Source: an uncultured Thermoprotei archaeon (GTDB lineage: Archaea > Thermoproteota > Thermoprotei > Thermofilales > B15-G2). From it: a stretch of DNA of 64,000 bases. The DNA is taken from contig CBDUKN010000002.1 of assembly GCA_965367815.1 (NCBI GenBank), positions 64,001 through 128,000 of the forward strand, given 5' to 3'. Positions 39,221 through 49,774 of the stretch are shown in pieces. The notes under the pieces were generated by a model, which ran no database searches, was not told the DNA's origin, and was given only the letters and a program-made list of their open reading frames with translations. Both the position numbers and the translations under genes were made by a program. Position 1 is the stretch's first letter. Each line of letters opens with the position of its first letter.

Positions 39221-39964
39221 TCAAGTAATATATTGTTGGCGAGACTTTCCTTCAAGAGTATCTCTGAGTGATACTAGAGTATTTACTGCACTATCAATGT
39301 CTGTATAGAAAGTTGTCGCTTTTATAGAAGCTATACCACTTGAAACAAGATCTTTCACTATAGTGAAGCCTAGTTCACTTAATATTTTCTTTACTTTTTC
39401 GGCTTCGGATTCATCCCCTATAATGAACAAGTCTAGTGTTATTGTATTTTTATCTATATTTCCTTCAATTCTTAAAGTAGCTTTAGGTAAGCTGAAAACT
39501 TTTCTAAACTTTAATCTACTTTCGCTTCTATATACTAGGAATCCTTCTTTCATTAAGTTGCTTAAAAAATCAATTACTTCTACTTTAACTTTACTTACTT
39601 CTTTTCTTATTTCATCGAGAACTTCATCTATTCTATCTTCTAGTTCATTTACATCTGAGTATATTTCATCTGCTAGTAACATGACATCTATTCTGTCTTC
39701 ACGTCTAACTACAGCTGCATAGTCGCTAAATATTTCTTTAAGAGCTTTAGCTAGCTTTATTGAAGATGGCCTGAATACAAAGTACCTCAGTGAAATTTCA
39801 GGAGATTTTTCGTTAACTGATACTGCTACGGAGCACTTGTGTCCAAGTAGACTGTATTCTCTCATTAAGTATACTTCGCTTCCGGATTTATGGCTTAGTT
39901 TCCACCCTGATTTTTCTAGAGAGTCGAGTAATTCGTAGAACTTTTCTTCAGACATTTCGATCAC
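39221..39964 (-). CDS. Hypothetical protein, two alpha/beta domains
   Basis: 247-aa ORF coupled to the upstream ATPase by a GTGA overlap. Confidence 0.7.
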   Translation of the reverse strand: MIEMSEEKFYELLDSLEKSGWKLSHKSGSEVYLMREYSLLGHKCSVAVSVNEKSPEISLRYFVFRPSSIKLAKALKEIFSDYAAVVRREDRIDVMLLADEIYSDVNELEDRIDEVLDEIRKEVSKVKVEVIDFLSNLMKEGFLVYRSESRLKFRKVFSLPKATLRIEGNIDKNTITLDLFIIGDESEAEKVKKILSELGFTIVKDLVSSGIASIKATTFYTDIDSAVNTLVSLRDTLEGKSRQQYIT

Positions 39965-41652
39965 TTTCTTCTATATATTCTGCTACCCTTTATGTAAAAG
40001 TATTTTCTATATTTTTCTACTAGTTCCCTGACATACTTTTCATCCTTTTTGAGAAGCTTACAGACACTTCTAATGCTACGCCAGCTTTGTATGAAGTCAA
40101 GTAAAATGCTTAAGTAGTCTTCTTTAGGCACTTTAATAGCTTCTTCTACTTTTCTAGGAACTTCTATTTTTTCTTCTACTGGTTTTTCTTCTAGAGTTAA
40201 TTCAATTACTTCACTCTCCATTAATGAATCTAACTCCGTCACCGATCTAAAGAAGCTGGCGTACTCCCTGAATAGTTTCTCTCTTTCCGAATTGGTTAGC
40301 TGATCACTACATATTATTCCAACTAAAGGATATAGTATTTCTTCAAACTCTATATTTAGTGACGCTATTTTTGGATTATAACTGAAATCTTTTCCAATAA
40401 GGTTTATAACAATTATTTTACTGTATTTGCTTAGTAATTTATTTAATGCCTCAATATCGGTGTCTGAAGCTATAATTTTTACTGGAATTTTTCCCTTACT
40501 TAACTCGATGTAGCCTTCTGCAGAGTCTACCGGAGTACGAATAAATATTATTCCTGGAATTCTGTAAAGAACTTCACTTATAATGCCTTCTGCAGCTATT
40601 TCAAGTCCTTCTCCTGTTTTGAATTTCTCTTCTCCTATTTCAAACAATTTATATTTATTGAAGAGCATTATTTTTTCTAGAAGACTGATTACCATAAGGT
40701 TACATCTCCTAATATCGAGTGTAGTGTCTAGCTTCTTGTATGTTATTACTTTATATACGAGATTGAGTTCCTTCGGCGAAAACTTCGTTTCCTTTACTTT
40801 TTCTATTAATGCAGCTAGTTTCGCTACTGCATAATTCACTTTGTCTAAATACTTACCTGGCGACGCTACTGTAAATGCTCCGCTGAATGTCCTGTTCAAG
40901 AAAGGGTCTATAGCATTCCATTTTCTTAGTTGATAGTAAGCTTCTGTTGTAGTGTAAAATATGTAGAGTACTCTTGTGGCTCTATCGTATATTTCTCGGA
41001 ATAGTTTTCCATATTCCTTATATTTGCTGTAGTTCCCGTACCACAGGTCGCATTCATCTACTTGTATTAGAATAATCCATGATTTTTTATTGACAAGATC
41101 TATTAATGATGAAATGATAGGTAAAATTTCGTCAACTAAGCTTTCTACATGTTCTTTTTCCTCAGATATTTTTCTTTCAGCTAGCCTGTATTCAGCTAGG
41201 ATTTCTAGTAGCTGTTCTTTTTCGGGTTCAATTATTTTATTTGACGAGAGAAGTAGAGCAGATATTGTTAAAACTATTGTTTTTAGTAGCGAGAAGATTC
41301 TTGTTGATGCTGAGAAGGAAAATTCTATTATTCTGTGTGAACTATCTATTTTCTTTACTATCTCTTTAACATACTCAAATGTTTGTGACTTGGATCCTCC
41401 GAATGGCGCTATGTAGAATACTAGGTATTTTCCTTCATCTTTTTTCAAGTCCTCAAATAGTTTAGTTACTAGTTCTCTAAATTCTTTTAAGCCATGTATG
41501 TCTACGAGAATTTTAGATAAGCTTACTGGAGATACTTTAGAGTATTCTATAGGTGTAGAGCTTTTTAATTTCTGATAAATGTATTTACATATATCTAAAG
41601 GTATTGTAGTAAAAGTTTTGCGCTCTTCTTCGAGTAGTTCACTAATATTCAT
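39961..41652 (-). CDS. Divergent P-loop ATPase (BrxD/DUF2791-like) with a degenerate nuclease-like segment and C-terminal HTH
   Basis: Walker A-like APFGGSKS, Walker B ILIQVDE, FREIYD, PFLNR; GAGGTGA RBS before the ATG at 41652. Confidence 0.6.
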   Translation of the reverse strand: MNISELLEEERKTFTTIPLDICKYIYQKLKSSTPIEYSKVSPVSLSKILVDIHGLKEFRELVTKLFEDLKKDEGKYLVFYIAPFGGSKSQTFEYVKEIVKKIDSSHRIIEFSFSASTRIFSLLKTIVLTISALLLSSNKIIEPEKEQLLEILAEYRLAERKISEEKEHVESLVDEILPIISSLIDLVNKKSWIILIQVDECDLWYGNYSKYKEYGKLFREIYDRATRVLYIFYTTTEAYYQLRKWNAIDPFLNRTFSGAFTVASPGKYLDKVNYAVAKLAALIEKVKETKFSPKELNLVYKVITYKKLDTTLDIRRCNLMVISLLEKIMLFNKYKLFEIGEEKFKTGEGLEIAAEGIISEVLYRIPGIIFIRTPVDSAEGYIELSKGKIPVKIIASDTDIEALNKLLSKYSKIIVINLIGKDFSYNPKIASLNIEFEEILYPLVGIICSDQLTNSEREKLFREYASFFRSVTELDSLMESEVIELTLEEKPVEEKIEVPRKVEEAIKVPKEDYLSILLDFIQSWRSIRSVCKLLKKDEKYVRELVEKYRKYFYIKGSRIYRRK

Positions 41653-42269
41653 TGACTCACCTCGCAGGTGATTGCGCAAGAGTGTCTCCAAGGTTTTTTA
41701 ACTATAAGGAAACCTTTATCTAATCCCTTCTCTCTATCAGCTTCTATCCACATAATATTAGGATATTTTTCAGCTATTTCAGATATATTTGTTTTCAAAA
41801 TAGTTTTCGAAACTATTTCCGCTACTCTGTAGTCAAGTACTACTGGAAAACCGCTGCTTTTCACTTGGCTGTAAAAGCATGGCATGAGAGTAGATAGTTC
41901 TATTGGTATGTCGCTGATTTGTATATCGCCTAGCGCTAGCATTACTATTAGTGCTGAATCTACTTTATTTTCCGATAAACCTTTATTTCTTAAGGCTTCG
42001 TAAACTTCACCTAATCTCTTTTTCTTAAGACTTTTAATTACTTGAGCTACATAGAGTTCTTCAGCGAATATTAGCGGATTAGTCCAGTAGACTTTACTTC
42101 TACCTACTTTCTTTACTTTAATTTTATTCTCTTCGATCAGTTTATTTAATATGCTATTCAGAGTTTGCCTTTTAATACTAAAATATTTTTCTATCTCTTT
42201 TTTATTCAATGGCTCCTTTAATAGATATAACAATATTATATTTTCTATTAAATTATTTTCACTTATCAT
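41649..42269 (-). CDS. Winged-helix DNA-binding protein
   Basis: EPLNKKEIEKYFSIKRQTLNSILNKLIEENKIKVKKVGRSKVYW; ATGA overlaps at both ends. Confidence 0.7.
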   Translation of the reverse strand: MISENNLIENIILLYLLKEPLNKKEIEKYFSIKRQTLNSILNKLIEENKIKVKKVGRSKVYWTNPLIFAEELYVAQVIKSLKKKRLGEVYEALRNKGLSENKVDSALIVMLALGDIQISDIPIELSTLMPCFYSQVKSSGFPVVLDYRVAEIVSKTILKTNISEIAEKYPNIMWIEADREKGLDKGFLIVKKPWRHSCAITCEVSQ

Positions 42270-43003
42270 ATTTTTAGGCTATAAAATTTAATTGTATTAT
42301 CTAAAACCTTTTCCGCAACTTCCTCTATACTTATGTTCTTTACTTTAGCTAGTCCTTTTAGCGAGATAAGTGTGTCTGCTGGTTCAGCTATCTTTCCTCT
42401 GTAGTTTACAGGAGAGTCGCTTTCAACAAGAATACGGTCTAGCGGAAATTTTTCTACTGCTGCTATGTGCTTCCGCTGGTATTCTATTGCTGGTGTGACT
42501 GATATATAGTATCCCTTTTTCTCTATTTCAGTGAGTAAGTCTAGGGGTCCACTGTACCAGTGAAAGACTGCCTTTTGAACGCCTTCTTCTACTATGACTT
42601 CGAATGCTTTGCGCCAGGCGTCTCTAGCGTGTATTATCAATGGTTTATCTAGCTCTATAGCTAGTTTTGCTACCTCTCTGAAAGCCTTAATTTGAAGCTC
42701 TTTGCTTGTTTTAATTTTGAAATCTAAGCCTACTTCACCTATAGCGACTATTTTATCGGCTTCACTTCTTATCTGCTCTAAAACCTTTGAATAGTTTTCA
42801 TCGAGTTCCCAGGGATGAAGTCCTAGTGCTGGATAAACATAGTTTTTATACTTCTCCCAGATTTCGAGAACTTGAATATTTGATGAGTAATCTGAACCTA
42901 CTGCGACAACTGCTATTACTCCAGCAGCTTGGGCTCTTTTTAAGACTTCTTCGAGATTATCTATTTCCTCTAAGTGTGCATGCGCATCAATGACTTTTAC
43001 CAC
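42266..43003 (-). CDS. tatD: TatD-family nuclease
   Basis: DAHAH, GLHP, AIGEVGLD, IIHAR, FHWYSG, ESDSP. Confidence 0.92.
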   Translation of the reverse strand: MVKVIDAHAHLEEIDNLEEVLKRAQAAGVIAVVAVGSDYSSNIQVLEIWEKYKNYVYPALGLHPWELDENYSKVLEQIRSEADKIVAIGEVGLDFKIKTSKELQIKAFREVAKLAIELDKPLIIHARDAWRKAFEVIVEEGVQKAVFHWYSGPLDLLTEIEKKGYYISVTPAIEYQRKHIAAVEKFPLDRILVESDSPVNYRGKIAEPADTLISLKGLAKVKNISIEEVAEKVLDNTIKFYSLKI

Positions 43004-43019
43004 AAGTAAGTAGTTTCAT

Positions 43020-43280
43020 TTAAAACATATTACGGTAACTCTTGTTTCGCTTATCTACTACTACGTCGAGGATATCGTATATTTCTCCTCTTCGAACCAT
43101 TTCTTCATAAGTCTTCCATATTCTCTTGATAGTTAGATAGGAGCAGTCAAATCCTTCCTCCATTAATACTTCGTAGACTGCTTGCGGAAAATCATGTGGA
43201 TGAAGAATAACTTTTCCCAAAGCTTTCTTTATAGCGTTCATGAGATCTTTTCTACTGGGGTACTTTTTCTTTCGGGTCAT
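43020..43280 (-). CDS. Small hypothetical protein, divergent from serS
   Basis: 86-aa ORF with HP..F...V...L...GF and RIW..YEEMVR.G.I.D.L.V pattern; upstream TATA. Confidence 0.65.
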   Translation of the reverse strand: MTRKKKYPSRKDLMNAIKKALGKVILHPHDFPQAVYEVLMEEGFDCSYLTIKRIWKTYEEMVRRGEIYDILDVVVDKRNKSYRNMF

Positions 43281-43343
43281 TTCGCGTCAATCTCAGTCAT
43301 ACTATAAATTTATTATCCTTTTCTGTAATGAGTACTAGAAAAC

Positions 43344-44717
43344 ATGCCAACTATGTGGTCGATCCTCTACTATCTCCGTAATGATCCCGAGAAACTGAAG
43401 TGGAATATGAGAATACGTGGCCTAGACGACGGTACTATCGACCGCGCTCTAGAACTAGATACTCTGTGGAGAAAAACTTTAACTGAGCTAAATGAGCTGC
43501 GTAGGGAACATAATAAGATTTCTAGAGAGATAGGTAGACTTAAAGGTGAAGAAAGAGAAAAGAAGCTTGCTGAGGCTAAAAAACTTTTAAAACTTATAGA
43601 AGAAAAAGAAAATAAATTAAAGCAAATCGAATATAAGAGAGAGAAAATCCTCCTCAGTATACCGAATATTGTCCACGAGTCTGTGCCCCAGGGCGAAGAT
43701 GAAGAAGACAATGTTCCAATAAAGTTCTGGGGGAAACCTAAAGTTTGGAAAGGCTACCTTGACCGCTTTAAGGAGCAAACTAAAGGATTTAATGTAGAAT
43801 ACGAGGTTCTCGACTGGAAACCTATTGGCCACGCCGACATGCTTGATGTACTTGGACTAGGCAATACTATGAAAGCAGCCGAAGTAGCTGGTTCAAGGTT
43901 CTACTACATTTTCGATGATTTAGTGTGGCTCGATATCGCTTTACTACTGTACGCGCTAGACTTCTTGACAAAAAACGGTTTTCGCGTAGTGATACCTCCC
44001 TATATGCTTAGAAGAAGACCTTATGAAGGAGTAACCGCACTCTCAGACTTCGAAGACGCTATTTACAAAATTGAAGGAGAAGACCTGTATTTAATAGCTA
44101 CTTCAGAACATCCTCTTGCAGCGTTACACATGAACGAAATACTTGAAGAAAAAGACTTACCTTTACTTTACGCCGGCATAAGCCCCTGCTTTAGAAAAGA
44201 AGCTGGAGCTCACGGTAAAGATACTAAAGGTATCTTTAGAGTACACCAGTTCCATAAAGTCGAACAATTTGTTTTCTGCAAGCCTGAGGAAAGCTGGGAG
44301 TGGCATGAAAAACTCTTAGAGAACGCAGAAAAACTGTGGCAGGGACTTGGAATACCCTATAGAGTAGTAAATATATGTACGGGGGACTTAGGTGTAGTGG
44401 CAGCTAAGAAATATGATCTTGAAGCCTGGATGCCTGCTCAAGGAAAATACCGCGAAATGGTTTCATGTAGCAACTGTACTGACTGGCAGAGCTATAGACT
44501 CAAGATAAGGTTTAGGAGAAGAAAAACAGGCGAAAGAGAATACGTGCACACCCTAAATAGTACAGCTATAGCTTCTACAAGAGCAATAACAGCAATACTC
44601 GAAAACTATCAAGAGCCAGATGGCAGTGTAAAAATACCCAAAGTATTAAGACCCTACTTAGAGCTATTTCCTCAAGCACCTAAAGACATTATTCTACCCC
44701 GAAAGAAAAAGAAATGA
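43344..44717 (+). CDS. serS: Seryl-tRNA synthetase (canonical type)
   Basis: N-terminal coiled coil, [42 protein letters not shown]. Confidence 0.97.
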   Translation: MPTMWSILYYLRNDPEKLKWNMRIRGLDDGTIDRALELDTLWRKTLTELNELRREHNKISREIGRLKGEEREKKLAEAKKLLKLIEEKENKLKQIEYKREKILLSIPNIVHESVPQGEDEEDNVPIKFWGKPKVWKGYLDRFKEQTKGFNVEYEVLDWKPIGHADMLDVLGLGNTMKAAEVAGSRFYYIFDDLVWLDIALLLYALDFLTKNGFRVVIPPYMLRRRPYEGVTALSDFEDAIYKIEGEDLYLIATSEHPLAALHMNEILEEKDLPLLYAGISPCFRKEAGAHGKDTKGIFRVHQFHKVEQFVFCKPEESWEWHEKLLENAEKLWQGLGIPYRVVNICTGDLGVVAAKKYDLEAWMPAQGKYREMVSCSNCTDWQSYRLKIRFRRRKTGEREYVHTLNSTAIASTRAITAILENYQEPDGSVKIPKVLRPYLELFPQAPKDIILPRKKKK

Positions 44718-45982
44718 AAATAGAGGACTTAATATCATTTGTATCGAGGCTTATTTACTATATTGAGGAAAAGAATACTTCATTTGATAAAGCATTCATA
44801 TATACTAGAAACTACTTTAAGACAAAGAGACCTCTTAAATTATATTTTTATATATCAAAGGACATTGTATCAAAGTATTATTTTTTAAAAATTATTTCAA
44901 AGGAATTTTTTGGTAGAGAAACTCGAAAAAATATTGTAAAAACATGGCTTATACTCTATGGCGAACAGTACCCGTCTCTTAGAGATGCTTCGTTGAGGCT
45001 TAAACGCAAAATTGCAAGAAGAGGAAAACAGGTAAGTATAGACAATATTATGTGCAGCTTACCTGATGAAGACAAAATAGCTTTTAAGTATTCTGTTCCG
45101 CCGTGGATTGTAAAGACTTTACGAAAATACATGTCTATAGGAGAGATAGAACTATTATTGAAGTCAATGCTCAAAGAGACTTTGTGGATTCGAGTAAATA
45201 CCTTGAAAATTTCTTTAAGTGAAGCTAAAAAGTATTTTGAAGAAAATGAAGTCGTAGCTGAGCAAGATTCTGATTACTGCTTCTTATTTAAAGTACTTAA
45301 AAGCAAAAAACCTATTCATATGCTAGATTACGTTAGAGAAGGCAAGATTATAATACAAGATAAAGCGTCTATTGTGGCTGTAGATGCACTTGAATTGAGT
45401 GAAAATGACGTTATATTAGACTTGTGTGCTGCCCCAGGCTTAAAAACATCTCTTATTTTTCAGTTTTTAGAAAACAAATGTCGTGTTGTGGCTTGCGACA
45501 TTTCATGGCAGCGACTTAAAAACATGAAAAAACTCTTAAAGTTATATGGAGTTGATTTAAGTAAAGTCGATTTAATTAAAATGGATTCAAGAAAAATACC
45601 TTTTAGAAAATTGATTAGAGTAACAAAAGTGCTAATAGACGCCCCCTGCTCTTCGAGCGGCGTTATGCTTAGAGACCCTGCTATTCGAATACAGCTTAAA
45701 GACTCTGACTCTATAGGAAGTTATATCATTGTGCAGAAAGGCCTTGTACAAGAGGCTGTAAAGCATTTTCGAGGAAAAGAAATAGTATATGCTACCTGTT
45801 CACTTTTTCCTCAAGAGGGAGAAGAAATAATTGATGCTGTGTTCAGTGAAGTGAAGCTCTATCCACTAAAAGTACCCGGGAACCCGGGGTATAGGGGATT
45901 TAAGTGCTCAAACTACGTTAAAAGACTATTTCCTCATGTACACGACACTAACGGCTTTTTTATAACAAAATTCGCTGCTTAG
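44714..45982 (+). CDS. RsmB/NOP2-family RNA m5C methyltransferase
   Basis: RVNTLK, QD.AS, DLCAAPG.KT, DAPCS, YATCS. Confidence 0.88.
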   Translation: MKIEDLISFVSRLIYYIEEKNTSFDKAFIYTRNYFKTKRPLKLYFYISKDIVSKYYFLKIISKEFFGRETRKNIVKTWLILYGEQYPSLRDASLRLKRKIARRGKQVSIDNIMCSLPDEDKIAFKYSVPPWIVKTLRKYMSIGEIELLLKSMLKETLWIRVNTLKISLSEAKKYFEENEVVAEQDSDYCFLFKVLKSKKPIHMLDYVREGKIIIQDKASIVAVDALELSENDVILDLCAAPGLKTSLIFQFLENKCRVVACDISWQRLKNMKKLLKLYGVDLSKVDLIKMDSRKIPFRKLIRVTKVLIDAPCSSSGVMLRDPAIRIQLKDSDSIGSYIIVQKGLVQEAVKHFRGKEIVYATCSLFPQEGEEIIDAVFSEVKLYPLKVPGNPGYRGFKCSNYVKRLFPHVHDTNGFFITKFAA

Positions 45983-45985
45983 CAT

Positions 45986-47614
45986 TCAACATACCCCGCA
46001 TTGAGTGCATTTTTCAAAGCATGCCGGAGTTATTTCAGCTGAAAGAAATTTCTCGTACTCTTTTCGCAGATATTCTTCTTTGACACCGGTTTCTACTACA
46101 CTCCAAGGCTTGAGTTCGATCATTTTCTTAAGATATTTCTGAGGATTTATACTGAAGCTCGATAAGGCTTTTCTCCAGCCACTTTTTCCTCCTCCTAGTT
46201 TAGCTGCATAGGTAATTACTTCACTTAAAGACGAATCTCCAAGAGATAAAATCGCTTGAATTTGCGCGTCAAATGGGCTGTAGCCCTCTACTCTTGAAAC
46301 CGGCTTGAGAATTTTTTCTAGAAATGCCCTTTTCTTCTGCAGTATTGATTTATCTTCAATTATTATCCACTGAAGTGGAGTATGTGCTTTGGGTATTAGA
46401 GGATTTATTGAAACTCTTATGTTTTCTCTAGACAACTTTAATCTAGTTTTTATCTCTTTAACTAATTCAGCTATTTCATTGAAGTCTTCTTTTTCTTCTC
46501 CTGGGATACCGTAAAGGAAATAGAGTTTAATATTTCGTATACCTAACTTTACTGCACTTAAACATTTATTTATAATTTCACTATTCTCAATTGGTTTATT
46601 TAATTTTAATCTAATTCTTTCACTACTTTCAGGCGCTATAGTTAGAGTTCTCTGACCGAGCTCCGCCATAAGCTTTAAGACGTCGTCCTCAACGGCATCT
46701 GTTCTGAGTGCAGGTAAAGATACTGAAAGTTCTTTTTCTTTGCAGTACTCTAAAAGCTTTAAAAGATTTTTATAGTCGCTTAGCGAAGAACCTATTAAGA
46801 CTATCTTGTCTACCTGACTATTTTCAATAGTCTTGTCTACAAGCTCTTTAATTTTAGTAAGGGATCTTTCTCTATATGGTCTAAAACAGTATCCTAAGAG
46901 ACAAAATCTGCAGCCTCTTCCACAGCCGCGAGTTACTTCGATTTGCGCTGCTTTTCCAAAAACAGGTTCTAGCTCTCTGTGCTCAGTTATCGGCAAAATT
47001 TGTCGAGTTGGATGAAGGACTTTGTCAAGGTCTTTTACCCATACTCTTTCTGTACGGTCGCTTACTCCTGGCACGTAAGTGCCATCGATTTCAGCTAGTT
47101 TAGGAAGACTCTCTCTATTTTGCTTTACTTCAGCTGCCTCATAGACTAGCTCTATTAAAGAAGGTTCTGCCTCTCCTATGAAACAAGCATCTGCTATGTT
47201 TTCTAGTGGCCGAGGATTTGCTGTAACTGGAGGCCCTCCTACAATTACCATTGGGTCATTCTCCTTTCTTTCATATCTGGAGGGGTTTATTCCGGCTGAA
47301 ATAAGTATTCGTGCAATGTTTACGTAGTCCAGCTCGTAGTGCACTGAGAATAGTACTACATCGAACTCTCGAAGTGGAGCAGACGACTCAATAGACTTAG
47401 GGGGAGGCTCCCTGCCAGAAAGCGTTGAGAGAACTACTCTCTCGCAAGCGATTTCGGGCTCAGAATTGAGTATAAAATATAGGAGCTGATATCCTAGACT
47501 AGAAATCGCTACCTTATAGATTGAAGGATAGCATAAAGCTACCTTTACTTTTATTCTAGAGAGCCTCTTCTTAACTACATTTCTTTCATCAAATTTTATT
47601 AGTTTATAGCTCAT
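45986..47614 (-). CDS. Radical SAM protein with B12-binding-like N-domain (TIGR03960-like)
   Basis: YPS.Y....SSLG, EVTRGCGRGCRFC, TIAPE, KLYF..G.PGE, PK.HTP.QW, C-terminal C...C..CGVC. Confidence 0.85.
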   Translation of the reverse strand: MSYKLIKFDERNVVKKRLSRIKVKVALCYPSIYKVAISSLGYQLLYFILNSEPEIACERVVLSTLSGREPPPKSIESSAPLREFDVVLFSVHYELDYVNIARILISAGINPSRYERKENDPMVIVGGPPVTANPRPLENIADACFIGEAEPSLIELVYEAAEVKQNRESLPKLAEIDGTYVPGVSDRTERVWVKDLDKVLHPTRQILPITEHRELEPVFGKAAQIEVTRGCGRGCRFCLLGYCFRPYRERSLTKIKELVDKTIENSQVDKIVLIGSSLSDYKNLLKLLEYCKEKELSVSLPALRTDAVEDDVLKLMAELGQRTLTIAPESSERIRLKLNKPIENSEIINKCLSAVKLGIRNIKLYFLYGIPGEEKEDFNEIAELVKEIKTRLKLSRENIRVSINPLIPKAHTPLQWIIIEDKSILQKKRAFLEKILKPVSRVEGYSPFDAQIQAILSLGDSSLSEVITYAAKLGGGKSGWRKALSSFSINPQKYLKKMIELKPWSVVETGVKEEYLRKEYEKFLSAEITPACFEKCTQCGVC

Positions 47615-47626
47615 GGAGACTACTTA

Positions 47627-48226
47627 CTATATATCTGATAGCAGCCATATATAGCTCCGAGTCTCAAGACCCCTGAACATAACTTTCTTTAACTCAAATA
47701 AAAGGTCTTTAGTGTAGTCAAGCAGATAGCTTTTCATCGTCTCATCGGGTACATTTAGGAAGTACGGCCAGCTTTTTTCAAACATAGAGAGAGCTTTTAA
47801 GTAGAGAACCATTAGAGGCTTGTCTTTAAATGTTTTCTTTAGCTTCTCTAAATCGTTTACTACTTCGTCAGCTTTTCTAACAAGTACTTTACTTAATCTA
47901 ACATACTTTCCTTTCATTCCCTCAATTAACCTAAAGGCTATTCGCTTACCTCTATCAGTTAGCATATATTTTTTTACAAGCCCTCCTCCAGGACTTCTGA
48001 CAACATGACATTTAATGAGACCATCCATTTCCAGCTTTACTAGAGCTTTAGTTAGCTCGTGACTATAGGGCCCAAAAGTACCAAGACCGTAGTTGAAGTC
48101 TATGTACTTGTATATAAAGAACATTAGCTGAATTCTCGCAAAACCGTGAATAGGAGACGCGTTATCTACTGCGAGCAGTATTAATGGCCATACCTCTTTC
48201 GCAGGCTTAATGATGTCTTTGAGCAC
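47627..48226 (-). CDS. Winged-helix protein (YwgA/SocA-like)
   Basis: G..RIQ...F, FGPYS.EL...L..L...GLI, Y.LT.RG. Confidence 0.6.
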   Translation of the reverse strand: MLKDIIKPAKEVWPLILLAVDNASPIHGFARIQLMFFIYKYIDFNYGLGTFGPYSHELTKALVKLEMDGLIKCHVVRSPGGGLVKKYMLTDRGKRIAFRLIEGMKGKYVRLSKVLVRKADEVVNDLEKLKKTFKDKPLMVLYLKALSMFEKSWPYFLNVPDETMKSYLLDYTKDLLFELKKVMFRGLETRSYIWLLSDI

Positions 48227-48317
48227 AGGAGGAAGGAATCAATAGGGAATTTAAGAATTTCGATAAAGCTCTACTGGTCGTTAAATCATTTATTTTGGAG
48301 AGAGAATAGAGTTAAAT

Positions 48318-49064
48318 GTGATTATAGACGTTCACGCACACATAGGATGCGACCACAGATTCGGTTTTAGGCTTTCAGCCAAAGACCTTGTAGCAGCCAT
48401 GGATAAATACGGCATTACTTGTTCTTTTATTTCATCTGTGAAGAGCCTGATTTACGACTATAGGGAAGGAAATGACGATGTAGAAGAAGCTTGCATAAAA
48501 TACCCCAAAAGGCTACTTGGATTAGCCGCCATCCACCCTTTGTATGGAGAAGAAGCGTTAAAAGAACTTAGAAAACGACTATCTAGAAAAGAATTTATTG
48601 GAATAAAAATACACCCATTTTACTTTAATACTCCGGCTAATAGCCCATTAATGTATCCTATTGTCGAGGAAGCTATCCGCATGAAAGCCCCGCTTTTCAT
48701 CCACTCTTATGATGGAGGAATTGAAGTAAGTGACTTAGCAGACAGGTATCCGGATGCCATAATAGTAATGTACCATATGGGTGGCGGAGACTGGGAAGAA
48801 GGAGTTTTACGTGTCAAAAAATACGAGAATGTTTACGTCGAGATGTCAAGCTCTTTTGTTGATATAGGAATGGTCGAAACAGCAGTAGAGATGTTAGGAG
48901 AACACAGAGTGCTGTATGGAAGCGATATCCCTTTTCAGACTCCCGCTATATCTATTGCCAAAGTGTTGGAGGCAAATATACCTGAATATGTTAAAGAGCT
49001 TATTTTCTACAAAAATGCTTTAAATTTATTTAATTTAAGGGGAGAATATGATAGATGTTTCTAG
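48318..49064 (+). CDS. Amidohydrolase_2 family metallohydrolase
   Basis: DVHAH, GIKIHP, FIH, HMGG, YGSD.P. Confidence 0.85.
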   Translation: MIIDVHAHIGCDHRFGFRLSAKDLVAAMDKYGITCSFISSVKSLIYDYREGNDDVEEACIKYPKRLLGLAAIHPLYGEEALKELRKRLSRKEFIGIKIHPFYFNTPANSPLMYPIVEEAIRMKAPLFIHSYDGGIEVSDLADRYPDAIIVMYHMGGGDWEEGVLRVKKYENVYVEMSSSFVDIGMVETAVEMLGEHRVLYGSDIPFQTPAISIAKVLEANIPEYVKELIFYKNALNLFNLRGEYDRCF

Positions 49065-49773
49065 TTTCATAGGAAGCCTTCCTAAAAGACCCGATAGACT
49101 CTCAGTAAACGGTATACTTAGTTTAGCTAAAAAACACGGAATAAAATACTTAATATTATCTCATACATCCGCTCATCTTAGCAAAAGTACTTTCTACGGG
49201 AACAGACTACTTCAATCAATTATCAAGAAATATACTCAACTGTATATGGCATATGTCTTTAATCCTTTAGCTCCCGAAGAAGAATATGTAGGAGAAAAAG
49301 TCAAGTTAGTTAGAGTAAGTCCACTTTATCACGGCTACTCTCTTACAGAAGACAAATTAGTCCGTAGAATACGTGACTTTGCTGAAAAGCTCTCAGTACC
49401 TATACATATCCCTCTACGTCTACATTTTTCGGAGCCGTATCAAGTAAAAGTGACCGCTGTAAGAGACTTTGTATTTAAGTGTGAAGACATACCCGTTATA
49501 GTCGGTGGATTCAATTATGATATCTTTCTAGAAGTATTGAGATACTTAGGTAAATTTGATAACGTATACTTTGAGATATCTTTGCTTCAAAGCTATAGAG
49601 CAGTAGAAACTCTTGTAAAAGAGGTAAGTGCTGATAGAGTTCTTTTTGGAACTAATATGCCTTTCAGCTATCCGTTGGCATCAATACTTAAAGTATCTAA
49701 AGCTGATCTTTCCGAAAAAGAAAAAAAGTTGATTTTCGAAGAAAATACTAAAAAACTTTTAAAATTTGATTGA
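49048..49773 (+). CDS. Amidohydrolase_2-fold paralog lacking metal ligands
   Basis: DVSSF in place of DxHxH, FGTN in place of FGSD; overlaps the upstream paralog. Confidence 0.75.
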   Translation: MIDVSSFIGSLPKRPDRLSVNGILSLAKKHGIKYLILSHTSAHLSKSTFYGNRLLQSIIKKYTQLYMAYVFNPLAPEEEYVGEKVKLVRVSPLYHGYSLTEDKLVRRIRDFAEKLSVPIHIPLRLHFSEPYQVKVTAVRDFVFKCEDIPVIVGGFNYDIFLEVLRYLGKFDNVYFEISLLQSYRAVETLVKEVSADRVLFGTNMPFSYPLASILKVSKADLSEKEKKLIFEENTKKLLKFD

Positions 49774-49774
49774 G

